Virus record (IMG/VR): IMGVR_UViG_2873571580_000001
DNA from: a virus
Lineage: Duplodnaviria > Caudoviricetes
Direction: 5' to 3' (one strand)
Length of the DNA stretch: 64,000 nt
Part shown: positions 8,835 through 18,123 of the stretch, in pieces
Layout: each line of letters opens with the position of its first letter
Position numbering within the stretch: position 1 is the stretch's first letter
Notes under the pieces: model-generated
Database searches by the model: none
Told to the model about the DNA's origin: nothing
Seen by the model: only the letters and a program-made list of their open reading frames with translations
Program-made: the position numbers and the translations under genes

Positions 8835-9689
8835 CTATGTAGCAGCATTGGGGAAAGATCGACCAAGCCCCCAGATAATTCGAGCCGCTCCAGAACCACC
8901 TTGGGCGGTGAAAGAGCTGTTCTGAGATGCGGCAGCACCGCCACCATAGGCACCGCCGCTCGGTGTTGGACTCGCGTTGCTGCCATTCGCCCCGCCCTGA
9001 CCACCGAATCCAGGCTGTCCGGGATCAGCATTTGCCGATGCGCCAGAGATGATGCCCTTCAGGCCGACACCGCCACCACCACCCCTCAAAGATGTGGTGG
9101 GGTGCATGCCGCCGCCGCCGCCGTTGGTACTGCCAATGCCGATGTAATTGTCCGACCCACCCTGCCCACCATTTGAAGAATACCCACCTGCACCGCCGCC
9201 TCCCGCATTCCCATCTGCCCATCCCGCACCACCATTACCACCGCCGTCCCATGGCCCACTACGAGTCCCGCCGGAAACCCCTGGACTGCCGACTCCAGCG
9301 CCAGCCGTGTAGGTGACACCATTGACAGTGATGGTCGTGCCGCTGGTGCTTAAACGCACCTGAACCACCTGTCCCGCAGTCACGGCAACGTTGTTTTTGT
9401 ACCCCAAGGCTCCGCCACCACCGGACCCGCTGTAAACGCCTGCCGCTCCTTGCCCGACCGCAACAAAGCAAATCGACGTGACGCCAACAGGGATGGTGAA
9501 ATCGGCATTCGCTGTGTAAGTCACCTCTCCAGACTTGGACTTGTTGTACAGATCGGCGAGCATGATCCTGCCGGACGACGGCACGCCCGCTGCGATCCCG
9601 TAGAGCTTTGTCATCATCACGGGATTGGCAATCGAAAACTCCCCACCCACCGCAGGCATCGTGATGAGCCCGGATGCAGGTGTGGTCAT
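8835..9689 (-). CDS. Glycine-rich tail fibre tip/adhesin-like protein
   Basis: N-terminal PASGLI...LYG...GVPSSGRIMLADLYNKS motif and poly-Gly segments. Confidence 0.7.
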   Translation of the reverse strand: MTTPASGLITMPAVGGEFSIANPVMMTKLYGIAAGVPSSGRIMLADLYNKSKSGEVTYTANADFTIPVGVTSICFVAVGQGAAGVYSGSGGGGALGYKNNVAVTAGQVVQVRLSTSGTTITVNGVTYTAGAGVGSPGVSGGTRSGPWDGGGNGGAGWADGNAGGGGAGGYSSNGGQGGSDNYIGIGSTNGGGGGMHPTTSLRGGGGGVGLKGIISGASANADPGQPGFGGQGGANGSNASPTPSGGAYGGGAAASQNSSFTAQGGSGAARIIWGLGRSFPNAAT

Positions 9690-10342
9690 GCCGCACCCCA
9701 GCCTGTATCGAGGTCGATTTCCAGCAGCGCAGAAACGGTGGTCGCCGCGTTGATTTGATCGCTCAGCACGCGCTCTCGCTCGAAGCAGTGCTGTACATGG
9801 TCAAACACGGCATCGCCGACGGCGAAGATTTCTGCCGCGCTGAGCACGGTAAAGCCGTCGGGGCCTTTCCAAGACACGGTGGCGTTCGGGGAGCGCGTTG
9901 CGCGAGCGTATGCCCCAGTGATTTTGTTCTGCGCCACAGCATCGGTTTCGAGCGCAACACCGTTCAGTGTCGTGCCGCCTACCTCGCGCAGCCACCGGAC
10001 CTCGGCCAGTTTTGTTGTCAGGCGCAGCTTGAGCATGTCCAGATTTTCGGGAATCCGCATATCCACGACCTCGGTCGGACGCACCCACGAGCCGTCGACA
10101 CACTGAGGCGCGGTGACGCTCGAATCTTCGTACCACTCAAGCGCACGGTCGAGCGGCAGGATTGGTGAATCCGCATGCTGGGCCTGCAGTTCTTCCAGTG
10201 TGAATTCTGGCGGAAATGGCAGGTTGCCAGCCGCTGCCCACGCATCGAATTCCGGCTTGTTTGGATCGGAGTCGTTGAAGCTAATAAAGAGGCCATCGGA
10301 CGCGCGGATGACCCCTGTGTAGTCAGATTTGAATCGGTACAT
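9686..10342 (-). CDS. Tail-fibre-associated protein, DUF4376-like C-terminus
   Basis: RWLREVGG...ETDAVAQNKI...WKGPDGF...QHCFERE. Confidence 0.7.
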   Translation of the reverse strand: MYRFKSDYTGVIRASDGLFISFNDSDPNKPEFDAWAAAGNLPFPPEFTLEELQAQHADSPILPLDRALEWYEDSSVTAPQCVDGSWVRPTEVVDMRIPENLDMLKLRLTTKLAEVRWLREVGGTTLNGVALETDAVAQNKITGAYARATRSPNATVSWKGPDGFTVLSAAEIFAVGDAVFDHVQHCFERERVLSDQINAATTVSALLEIDLDTGWGAA

Positions 10343-10344
10343 GT

Positions 10345-11973
10345 TTACCCCGTCGTTGTGCTATTGGATTCCATGGACGTGTTTCCAATCGATCCGTCCA
10401 CGCCCATGACGTACGCATACGGTTGTCCGACGCTGATCGTGGCCTCGATGAATGTGATCTGCGACCCCGTCCCGACAGTCAATGCGTTATTTGTCGTGTA
10501 CCCAGTGGCAAATGCGCCGCCAGCCACGAATGGGTAGGAAATGAGCGCATCGGTTGACGGGACGCTGCGGTCTGCGGCGATGTAGTCTTCCAGAGCGATC
10601 AACTCGTAGCCCTCGGTGGACGCAGAGGTCCCCGCGAAGCAAAAGTCAAGACTGGATGCCCCATTGGTGCCTAGGTCCACGACACGGAAGCGCACGGGGT
10701 AAAAACCGTAATAGCTGTACGCGCCGAGCACGCGAATTCTTGCCGTCGTATTCACGGCACCGGCGGTGGACTTGCTGAACAGAACTTCCACCGCGTAGTG
10801 GCGAGACGGGCAGGACAGAATGAAGTGCGAGTACAACGGCACGTTCGACGCTCCGAAGACACAAGCAACATTCCAATTCCTGTTGCCCGTATTCAGCGAT
10901 GCGCTGTAGACATTCCCGCCAACGCGCAAGCGATTCTGTGGCGAGACTCGCACACCAGCGGTGAAGACCTTGGTGCCGGAGATCGACTGATCCCCCGTGA
11001 GCTTCACCGCATTGGGGTCACTGGCGCTGATCACCAGATCACCCGCGCCAACGATGCTCCCGCCGTTCACTGTTTTGATGTTCGTTCCGGAGACAAGGGT
11101 GGGCTGCTTGGAGTCCAGTGAAGTCTGCAGGTTCACGATCGTGCTGATCGCCTGAGTTCCCGTGTGTGTCGAGCGGTCACGCAACTGTGCATCGGTGGCG
11201 TTCGCCGTTGCGCCAGCGGCAACGCCGCTGAGCTTGGACTTCTCGGCTGTCGTGTAGTCTTCGGTGGAAAGGCCCTTGCCCGCGACAGCAACGACCTTGG
11301 CATCGAGGGATGCCTGCAAACCTGTCACCGAGGAAATAGGCTGAGCGCCTGTGTGCGTTGCGCGATCCCGGAGCTGCGTATCCAACGCGTTCTTCGTTGC
11401 TTGCTCTTCGATGCCCACCAGCTTCACCATCGCTGCGTTGTCGAAGTCGTTCGCAGAAAGCCCTTTGCCTGCGACCTTGTCCACCTTCCCATTGAGATCA
11501 ACCGCCGTCGCCATAGCCTGGGCAAATGCAGGATTGGGATAAGACCCGGAGAGCACGCCACCGGCCGGACCTTTCGGCACCCGGTCATCGCCCAGACGAG
11601 GATCAGTGCTTTGGGCAAACTCGCTCATCGCTCCAGCCGTGAGGCGAAGCTCGATCATGTCGCCCGCGCTGAAGGACGTGGGAACGGTGCCCTCTCGCCC
11701 GCGCAACACCGTCAGGCGGCATTCGCCCACGACTGAGTTGTCAACCGTCGTGACTCGCATGATTTCGTGCGAATGCTCGAGCGTGCCGGTACGCTTGAAC
11801 GCCGTGACGATGTACCAGCCGCCCGCCCCCGGATTGAGCAGCACCCCGGCCGCCCCGTCGGATACGCGAAGCACCCCATAGTCCAACTCGACGGCTGGGC
11901 TTGCGGTCTCCGGAGCCGACTTGACGTTGGCAATGAGACTGGTCTGAAAGTTGTTGAGAAAGAGCTGCGACAC
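10345..11973 (-). CDS. Tail fibre protein
   Basis: RGREGT N-domain, repeated DAQLRDR.THTG.Q.IS motifs, GDQSISGTKVFT. Confidence 0.8.
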   Translation of the reverse strand: MSQLFLNNFQTSLIANVKSAPETASPAVELDYGVLRVSDGAAGVLLNPGAGGWYIVTAFKRTGTLEHSHEIMRVTTVDNSVVGECRLTVLRGREGTVPTSFSAGDMIELRLTAGAMSEFAQSTDPRLGDDRVPKGPAGGVLSGSYPNPAFAQAMATAVDLNGKVDKVAGKGLSANDFDNAAMVKLVGIEEQATKNALDTQLRDRATHTGAQPISSVTGLQASLDAKVVAVAGKGLSTEDYTTAEKSKLSGVAAGATANATDAQLRDRSTHTGTQAISTIVNLQTSLDSKQPTLVSGTNIKTVNGGSIVGAGDLVISASDPNAVKLTGDQSISGTKVFTAGVRVSPQNRLRVGGNVYSASLNTGNRNWNVACVFGASNVPLYSHFILSCPSRHYAVEVLFSKSTAGAVNTTARIRVLGAYSYYGFYPVRFRVVDLGTNGASSLDFCFAGTSASTEGYELIALEDYIAADRSVPSTDALISYPFVAGGAFATGYTTNNALTVGTGSQITFIEATISVGQPYAYVMGVDGSIGNTSMESNSTTTG

Positions 11974-11974
11974 C

Positions 11975-12259
11975 TCAAACCTCCTTGATGCGCACCTTCA
12001 GCTCCACCTCTTTGACGCGACCGTCATTCGTGGTGGGCCGAACGGTAATTTGATAGTTCACCCCATTGGTGCCGCCTGCGTAGACCCAGACTTTCACACG
12101 CTGGCCAGAGATGGCATAGCTGGGCGGCATGGGCATCGACGGCAGTGCCGCGATATGGCAATCGATGATCTCGTCGCCAGGCGGAAACCACTCGTTGAAT
12201 TCGATGTCGTAGTCCTGCACGTCGGCAGGCTGCTGGGTGACGGTTCCAAGAATGCTCAT
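11975..12259 (-). CDS. Phage fibre-tail adaptor-like protein
   Basis: QQPADVQDYDIEF...VWVYAGG..G..YQITV..TTNDGRVKE. Confidence 0.65.
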   Translation of the reverse strand: MSILGTVTQQPADVQDYDIEFNEWFPPGDEIIDCHIAALPSMPMPPSYAISGQRVKVWVYAGGTNGVNYQITVRPTTNDGRVKEVELKVRIKEV

Positions 12260-12262
12260 GAC

Positions 12263-13021
12263 TTACTCCGTCACGGTGAAAGAGAACTGACCGGCCGGCA
12301 CAATGAACGTGCGGTACTCGGGAGCCTGCTCATCGAATGGCAGTCGTTTGTGAATCTCGAAATCGATCTCGATTACCGCCACTCCTTGCGCGCCAATCGG
12401 ACTGCGACGCATCGCGTGCGCATTGACCACCGCAACGGCCTTGGACTGCGTGAGCGAGGCAAGACGCGCCTCGACTCGCGAGTTGCTGACGATGAAAGCG
12501 ACGCCATTGGAAATCGCAGGCGAGCGCAACCATCGGCGGATATAGATCTGACCATCCGCGTGCACAGATGCGGCGGGCTTGGCCGACACCGGCCCTCGCC
12601 GCAGCAAGCGGGCAGTGGAGGATGCCTTCGCCTTCCCCGATGACACCAACGACGAGCGGACCATCGCATGAGCCGCAACATCAATCTGCGCCTTGGGCTT
12701 GGATCGCACACGACCATAGACAGGCGGCAAGGTGACTTTGATGATGGCCCGGCCGGTGGCTTGCAGCACGCCGTGAATGTCGACCTTTCCCAAGATCCCG
12801 AGAGCCGCGGCGCGTGCCCGCGCTTCGACCGAGAGATTCGCCTCGACCCGCCCAATAGCTCCCGACTGCTTGGCCCGAGCTTTCGCCGCGACGACCGCAT
12901 AGGCCAGCACACGCCCTTGCGCTCGGCCGACGGCATACCCTTTGGCGCTCACGCGAACGCGAACGACAGGATCTGCCACCTGGCCATTGAGCGCAAAGCC
13001 GTTGAGCTGCCCGCGATTCAT
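12263..13021 (-). CDS. Hypothetical virion protein, Ala/Arg-rich
   Basis: Contiguous in the late operon. Confidence 0.6.
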   Translation of the reverse strand: MNRGQLNGFALNGQVADPVVRVRVSAKGYAVGRAQGRVLAYAVVAAKARAKQSGAIGRVEANLSVEARARAAALGILGKVDIHGVLQATGRAIIKVTLPPVYGRVRSKPKAQIDVAAHAMVRSSLVSSGKAKASSTARLLRRGPVSAKPAASVHADGQIYIRRWLRSPAISNGVAFIVSNSRVEARLASLTQSKAVAVVNAHAMRRSPIGAQGVAVIEIDFEIHKRLPFDEQAPEYRTFIVPAGQFSFTVTE

Positions 13022-13034
13022 GTTCGCCCAGCGA

Positions 13035-13451
13035 TTACAGGAGCGCCAGCGTAAAGTCGCCGGTCAACTGCTGGCTGTCCACCACGAACACGTCGTTGAT
13101 CTGCAAGGTGCGCGACGAGGGCAGCGGCTCCGAATACATCAGGGTGGCGGTCGGATCAGCGGCAGAGCCACCCTCCACAATGCCTAGATGTGTCACAGTG
13201 ACCTGAGCACCAATGACAGGCGGGAACTCCGCTCGCACGCTGTTGTAGCTGGCACCGTTGTTCGGCGCGGCGAATGCGCCGGTCGGCACGCGCTGATACC
13301 ACACCGCATTGACTTCCGTGCCAGCAGTGAATGCGTCGGTTGGATCAGAGGTGAACAGCGCGAAGTACGGTGTGCGCAGCGCCGGAAAGGCCTGACCGCG
13401 CAAGGTCGCGTTGATGATGGCGTTGGCCAGCGAAGTAGAAAAGCCGGACAT
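13035..13451 (-). CDS. Phage tail-associated structural protein
   Basis: YFALFTSDPTD...GTEV...YQRV...F..P...N...EFP pattern. Confidence 0.65.
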   Translation of the reverse strand: MSGFSTSLANAIINATLRGQAFPALRTPYFALFTSDPTDAFTAGTEVNAVWYQRVPTGAFAAPNNGASYNSVRAEFPPVIGAQVTVTHLGIVEGGSAADPTATLMYSEPLPSSRTLQINDVFVVDSQQLTGDFTLALL

Positions 13452-13453
13452 GG

Positions 13454-13491
13454 GTGCTCCTCAAGAGGATGAGCACTCCAGCGCCCCGGTT
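13454..13491 (-). promoter_or_regulatory. GGA-hairpin/anti-SD leader element, copy 2
   Basis: AACCGGGGCGCTGGAGTGCTC (13471-13491) identical to 16880-16900; GTGCTC complementary to GAGCAC overlapping the SD. Confidence 0.75.
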
Positions 13492-13516
13492 ACAGCAAAG
13501 GTTTCGACATGAACAA

Positions 13517-13532
13517 TGGCAGGCTTGTTACG
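13517..13532 (-). promoter_or_regulatory. Late promoter/operator motif copy 4
   Basis: CGTAACAAGCCTGCCA-TTGT. Confidence 0.75.
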
Positions 13533-14154
13533 ACGCCGGGGCCATTTCGTTGGATGCTTTCGCCTGCACACCCAACGCGTCGTTGAACAGTTGCAGGTGC
13601 GCGGCAGCGACGTTGGCATTGCCGCCGAACTCCGCATCCTTCGACCATGCTCGGAACAGCATGAAGTGACGCAACGCATCCATCCACTGCGCCGGCACGA
13701 ACGGCGTTCCGGCCTCATCCAGCAGATCGACCACAGCAGGCTCGACCATGGCGCGGATCTTCACGCCTGCGATCACGGGCGGATACACCAGAAACTCGCG
13801 CGGCATCCGCATGTCGTGCATGAAGTGGATGACTTCGCGCGCACCGGCCATGCCACGCCACGCGCCGCTGACAGCATCGAGCACCCAGAGGTTGGTCTTG
13901 GTGATGCGCTTCTGCGCTGTGTTCGCATTGTTGGTGATGTCGATGAGCAGCAGCACGTCGGCGGGCAGCTCGTGGCGCCAGCCATCATCCAGCGTCAGTT
14001 CGCGCTCCTGCGCCAACTGGTCGGGGCGGTGCTCAGCGAACTTGCGCTGGGCAGCGTTGAAATAATCCAGCAGCTCAGACCGCGTCCAGCGCACATGCGT
14101 CGGGTCCTGCAGCTCGCGGGCCGCGTCGTCAATGAGTTGAGGGACCGTCAGCAC
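13528..14154 (-). CDS. Head-tail adaptor-like protein (GTG start coupled to upstream stop)
   Basis: RWTRSELLDYFN...YMLFRAWSKD-like motif FMLFRAWSKD. Confidence 0.7.
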   Translation of the reverse strand: MLTVPQLIDDAARELQDPTHVRWTRSELLDYFNAAQRKFAEHRPDQLAQERELTLDDGWRHELPADVLLLIDITNNANTAQKRITKTNLWVLDAVSGAWRGMAGAREVIHFMHDMRMPREFLVYPPVIAGVKIRAMVEPAVVDLLDEAGTPFVPAQWMDALRHFMLFRAWSKDAEFGGNANVAAAHLQLFNDALGVQAKASNEMAPAS

Positions 14155-14765
14155 CAGCGCACCCTGCCCCTTCCGCCGTTTGGCGTGTTGGATTGCCAAA
14201 CGTCGGTCATCGCGCTGTCAATGGCCTGACGAAAGAACGCCAAGGACACAGCCGCCTGATCCGGTGCGTAGTAGTCGGTCCCACGCGTGTTGAGCAGTTC
14301 GACCTTCGCGCCCTCGCGGATGGCCTCGTGATACAGCGTGCCCACGGAATCGGGGATCGATGTGGCGCGCACGGTGGGCAACACCGATGCATAGACCTGC
14401 AGCGCCCCGACCGATGGCGAGCCCACGGTGAACGTGCGCAGGTCGGGCGACACCAGATAGGTGCAGCCACCTCGCGAATGCTTCCATGGATCCGCCGACA
14501 TGTCGCGAGCGCGGGCGATCTCGATGTCGCGGCCGTTCAAAGATGCCCGCTCGATGCGCAGCAGCTCGGAGCCCTGCGGCAATTCGAACGAGTATTCCTT
14601 GAAGGCCTCGCCCGTGACCTCGGTGGGCTCCAGCCATTCCTGCCAAGCCCGCGTCTCGCGCGTGAAGGTGCGCGCGGCGCGGTTCAGGCACATATGGATG
14701 AGCGGCACCGGCGCATCGGGCGCAGCCAGCACCAGCTCGGGCATCCAGTTATCCCACGAGGCCAT
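14148..14765 (-). CDS. Head-tail adaptor-like protein
   Basis: WMPELVLAAPDAP...RETRAW; position after capsid genes. Confidence 0.65.
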   Translation of the reverse strand: MASWDNWMPELVLAAPDAPVPLIHMCLNRAARTFTRETRAWQEWLEPTEVTGEAFKEYSFELPQGSELLRIERASLNGRDIEIARARDMSADPWKHSRGGCTYLVSPDLRTFTVGSPSVGALQVYASVLPTVRATSIPDSVGTLYHEAIREGAKVELLNTRGTDYYAPDQAAVSLAFFRQAIDSAMTDVWQSNTPNGGRGRVRWC

Positions 14766-14777
14766 GAGCAGATCACC

Positions 14778-15155
14778 TTACGACTGGACGACCGAAGCCT
14801 TCGTGGCCTTGCGCACGCGGCCGGTAGGTGTGGTGCCGCTTTCCACGGGTGCGCCGTCGCCAGAGTCCAGACCAGTATCGCCGTCGCCGTCGTCATCCGT
14901 CGCCTGACGGCCAGCAGACGACAGCCCTGCAGCAACACGGCGCTGCTCGCGAGCGGCGGCCATCTTGTTGAATTTTGCCTCGGCTTCGAATTCCTCGGCA
15001 TCCATGAAGCCCAGCAACTGCAGGTATTCCACATCGCCTTCATCGTCCACCTCGCAGCGCAGCGGCGAGCCCGTGAAGACGTAGGAGTTGCCGGACTTGG
15101 CGGTGACCTTGAGAGTGCCGTCCTTGCGTGCGGGCAGCGAAGAAAAGAGTTCCAT
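14778..15155 (-). CDS. Hypothetical protein, acidic/low-complexity C-terminus
   Basis: GGAG SD before ATG 15155. Confidence 0.65.
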   Translation of the reverse strand: MELFSSLPARKDGTLKVTAKSGNSYVFTGSPLRCEVDDEGDVEYLQLLGFMDAEEFEAEAKFNKMAAAREQRRVAAGLSSAGRQATDDDGDGDTGLDSGDGAPVESGTTPTGRVRKATKASVVQS

Positions 15156-15251
15156 TTTTGTTCTCCAGAGTTTCAAAAAGCCCCCGACGCATGACGCCGG
15201 GGGAAATGCCCTCGCTCAGGGCCGCACACAACTGCGAGCGATGTGTTCGCG

Positions 15252-15701
15252 TCAGGCGTTCGCGTAGACCAGATCCACGGAGAACAGGCCAGCGGCTGTA
15301 CCAGCAGCGGTGATCTTCAGCACCAGCGCGCGGTCTTCATCGGTGGGTACGACCTTGGCGAATGCTGCTGGCACCACTTGGATGTAGCCCCCGGCGACGC
15401 CCGTGGTGTCGTCCGTCACCCATGCACCACCGCCGTCATCGGCTGCGGTGCTGATGTCGCCATTGACATCGGCCAGACCGAGCGAGGCCTTGAAGCCCGC
15501 GCCCAGAGCAGTCGGCACACGGATGTACAGATGCGCGGGCAACGTGCCAGCAGGCAGAACGCCGATAACGCCCTTCGTGCCCACGACGTGATCCGTCACA
15601 GCAATCGACTGGCCAAAGCGGGAGCGGACCAGTTCGGGACCGCCGGGAGTGAGCGGGTTCTGGTGGCCAGCAGCCACCGCACTCGTTTGTTTGAAAGCCA
15701 T
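15252..15701 (-). CDS. Capsid decoration/cement-like protein
   Basis: Small beta-rich Gly/Ala protein directly after the capsid gene; AAGGAG SD. Confidence 0.6.
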   Translation of the reverse strand: MAFKQTSAVAAGHQNPLTPGGPELVRSRFGQSIAVTDHVVGTKGVIGVLPAGTLPAHLYIRVPTALGAGFKASLGLADVNGDISTAADDGGGAWVTDDTTGVAGGYIQVVPAAFAKVVPTDEDRALVLKITAAGTAAGLFSVDLVYANA

Positions 15702-15741
15702 GTTCTGACTCCTTCAATGGAAAGTGGGTTGACCGCGTGGC

Positions 15742-16857
15742 TCAGCGCGAAGCTGCGGCAGTATCGAGCGCGTACAGGCCGTGGTCCTGCGGCACACCGC
15801 CCATCTCGAACACGGACTTCTTCAGACCGAAGATCGAGGATGTGGTGATGATCACTTGGTTGCCGCGATCAGCGGTTTCCTCGTGCCAGCCGTAGCGCAT
15901 ACCCGTGCCCGGCGAACCGAAGGCCATCACGCCCGCCTGCGCGCCCATGAACAAGGCACGCGCGGTTTCCACGTTCTGGCCCGCGCCGTGGGTGTTGTGA
16001 CGAATCACATTGCGGTGCGAGTGCAGCACCACACCGCGATGCATGCCCAGCGCCGACTTGAACAGCGGCGACTTGGCACCCAGCGATGCAGCAGCGGCCT
16101 TCTGCAGATCCATCCACGCGCCCGTGGAAACGTCATTGCGCAGATCGTCTTCCTGCCAGGTGTGCATCACCAGCACGAACACTTCTTCGCCGTCCACCAC
16201 GCAAGGCTGGATCACCGGCACATCGGTGGCACCACCGCCCTGAGTGTCCGCACGGGTCTTGGCATCGCCGATCAGCTTGAGAGTCATCTTGTCGCTGACA
16301 TCGATGTTGGCCGTCGACGTGGCATCGCCGCCGAACATATGTTGATTGGCTGTCGGTGCGGTCAGCGCATTCTTGGCACGGCCTTGATAGCCCAGTGGCA
16401 AGATGAAGTTGGCGTTGATGCCGCGCGAGCCACCGAAGTAGGTGAACGTGAGTTCATCCTGAAAGCGGCCCCACCAGCTTGCTTGCTGCTGCTTGGCGCG
16501 CACACGAAGATCGTGCAGCGTGCGCTTGCGCGACATGCGGCCACCGGTATTCACACCACCGCGCGCTTGGTCGATGTACAGCTCGTCCGTGTAGAACTTC
16601 TGCGCTTCTTCCTTGCCTTCCAGCGTGTCATCGCCTTCGACTGGTGCCATGCGCAGTTCGGCCAGCAGGTCGTAGCTGATCAGGTCACCGGCTTCGGATT
16701 CCAGATCGGTCAGCAGTTGAATGGGAGTTTTCGCGCCTTGGCCGACAGCAGTGAAGCGGCGGCCAAAGTACGAAGCTTGGCTGGCGTCGAGGGCCAGTTC
16801 GCCAGAGAAGCGCTTGACGGCGCGGGGGCTGTTCACGCCCACAACGGTTTTACCCAT
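15742..16857 (-). CDS. Major capsid protein, N4-gp56 family
   Basis: DLESEAGDLISYDL, PVEGDDTLEGKEE, LYIDQARGGV, ARALFMGAQA. Confidence 0.9.
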   Translation of the reverse strand: MGKTVVGVNSPRAVKRFSGELALDASQASYFGRRFTAVGQGAKTPIQLLTDLESEAGDLISYDLLAELRMAPVEGDDTLEGKEEAQKFYTDELYIDQARGGVNTGGRMSRKRTLHDLRVRAKQQQASWWGRFQDELTFTYFGGSRGINANFILPLGYQGRAKNALTAPTANQHMFGGDATSTANIDVSDKMTLKLIGDAKTRADTQGGGATDVPVIQPCVVDGEEVFVLVMHTWQEDDLRNDVSTGAWMDLQKAAAASLGAKSPLFKSALGMHRGVVLHSHRNVIRHNTHGAGQNVETARALFMGAQAGVMAFGSPGTGMRYGWHEETADRGNQVIITTSSIFGLKKSVFEMGGVPQDHGLYALDTAAASR

Positions 16858-16860
16858 GGA

Positions 16861-16900
16861 TTGCTCCTAGTGTGGTAGCGAGCACTCCAGCGCCCCGGTT
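16861..16900 (-). promoter_or_regulatory. GGA-hairpin/anti-SD leader element, copy 1 (capsid 5' UTR)
   Basis: AACCGGGGCGCTGGAGTGCTC at 16880-16900; TGCTC complementary to SD GAGCA. Confidence 0.75.
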
Positions 16901-16929
16901 GAAAAACGAATATCAGTTAGAAAGAGCCT

Positions 16930-17124
16930 TCACGATGGCAGGCTTGGTACGGGCCGCGCCACGGCAGCAACTTTTTTGATTGGTGTGTCAGGCGCTGCAG
17001 ACACCACCATCCGCGCGACCTGCCCTTTCTTGTATTCCATCTGGATGCGCACACCGGCAACCTCCAGCACGTCACCCGTGCGCAGCTCGATGAAGTTGCG
17101 GCGAACGGGTGGCGTGTTTGACAT
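16930..17124 (-). CDS. 64-aa CsrA/RsmA-like RNA-binding protein (divergent)
   Basis: FIELRTGDVLEVAGVRIQMEYKKGQVARMVVSAAPDTPI aligns by eye with CsrA [39 protein letters not shown]. Confidence 0.6.
   Translation of the reverse strand: MSNTPPVRRNFIELRTGDVLEVAGVRIQMEYKKGQVARMVVSAAPDTPIKKVAAVARPVPSLPS
16936..16951 (-). promoter_or_regulatory. Late promoter/operator motif copy 5 (capsid promoter)
   Basis: CGTACCAAGCCTGCCA-TCGT inside the 3' end of the CsrA-like gene. Confidence 0.75.
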
Positions 17125-17138
17125 CGTGGCTCCTGGCA

Positions 17139-18095
17139 TCAGGCAGACATCTGGTACTGCAGACGCTTTTCGGGCGAGAGCTTGGCCAGTTCGCGCTCGT
17201 ACTCGGGGCCGATCAACTTGTCGAGCTCCGCGAACTCGTCACCAATGGGATCGGTGTCACCGACACCACCCGGCACATCGGCGAGAGTCGTCACGACCTC
17301 GCTGGCATCCACCTTGCGCTTGCCGCTGTCCGCAGGCTTCTTGCTCGTCGGAATGCTGTGCAGTGCCACGACGCGCTTGTGCGCTTCCTCGAGGAACCAG
17401 CGTGAAGGCTTGTCGGCATTGGCGGGCACAGCGGCCAGTGCCTTGACGAACGTGTCCAGATCAGCCTGCTTTTCCAGATCCTTGCGGTAATCCACAATGC
17501 CCAGCTCCGGCTTGCTCGCGGCGTCGCCGATGAAGGAGTTGATCGTGTTCGACCATTCGTTCTGCTGGGCCTGCGCCTGCATCTCGGTCGCGATCTCGGC
17601 ACGCGTCTTCTGACGCGAGAGTTCGTCACGCTGGTCTTCCAGCTCGGTCAGCTTCGCGTCGAACTCGTCGGCATCGATCTCGCCTTCGTTGAGCTTCTTG
17701 CGCAGGTCGGTGCGCGCGGAACGGTTGGCCTTGATCTGCTCGTCGTAGTCGGCTGGCAGTTCGGACTTGTAGGCAGATTGCGCAGCCGCAGGCGCGGGAG
17801 CAGGCGCTGCGGTGTCTGCCTTCTCGGCGTCGCCCGGCTCGTCGTCCTTTTCCGCGTCAACGTCAGACGCCTTGCCATCGTCCTTGTCGACTTCGGTCTT
17901 CTCGGACTTCGCGCCCTTTTCGATTTCCTTGTCGGAGTCGTCGTCATCATCCTGCTCATCTTCATCGATCTTGCCGCGACCGATCTCAGCCAACGCTGCG
18001 GCATTGTCTTCGTCCGCATCGTAGTCATCGTCGGCCATGGCCTCGATCTCTTCAGGGCTCAGCAGACGCTCGCGGTCTTCGTCGGAAATGCTCAT
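17139..18095 (-). CDS. Scaffold protein
   Basis: Highly acidic N-terminus, coiled-coil, position between portal and capsid. Confidence 0.8.
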   Translation of the reverse strand: MSISDEDRERLLSPEEIEAMADDDYDADEDNAAALAEIGRGKIDEDEQDDDDDSDKEIEKGAKSEKTEVDKDDGKASDVDAEKDDEPGDAEKADTAAPAPAPAAAQSAYKSELPADYDEQIKANRSARTDLRKKLNEGEIDADEFDAKLTELEDQRDELSRQKTRAEIATEMQAQAQQNEWSNTINSFIGDAASKPELGIVDYRKDLEKQADLDTFVKALAAVPANADKPSRWFLEEAHKRVVALHSIPTSKKPADSGKRKVDASEVVTTLADVPGGVGDTDPIGDEFAELDKLIGPEYERELAKLSPEKRLQYQMSA

Positions 18096-18123
18096 GGTTG
18101 TGTGCTCCTATTGATAACGTGAT

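Noticed and set aside
8835-11973. Diversity-generating retroelement or shufflon acting on tail fibres
   Set aside because: No reverse transcriptase, invertase, template/variable repeat pair or inverted crossover sites seen in the window
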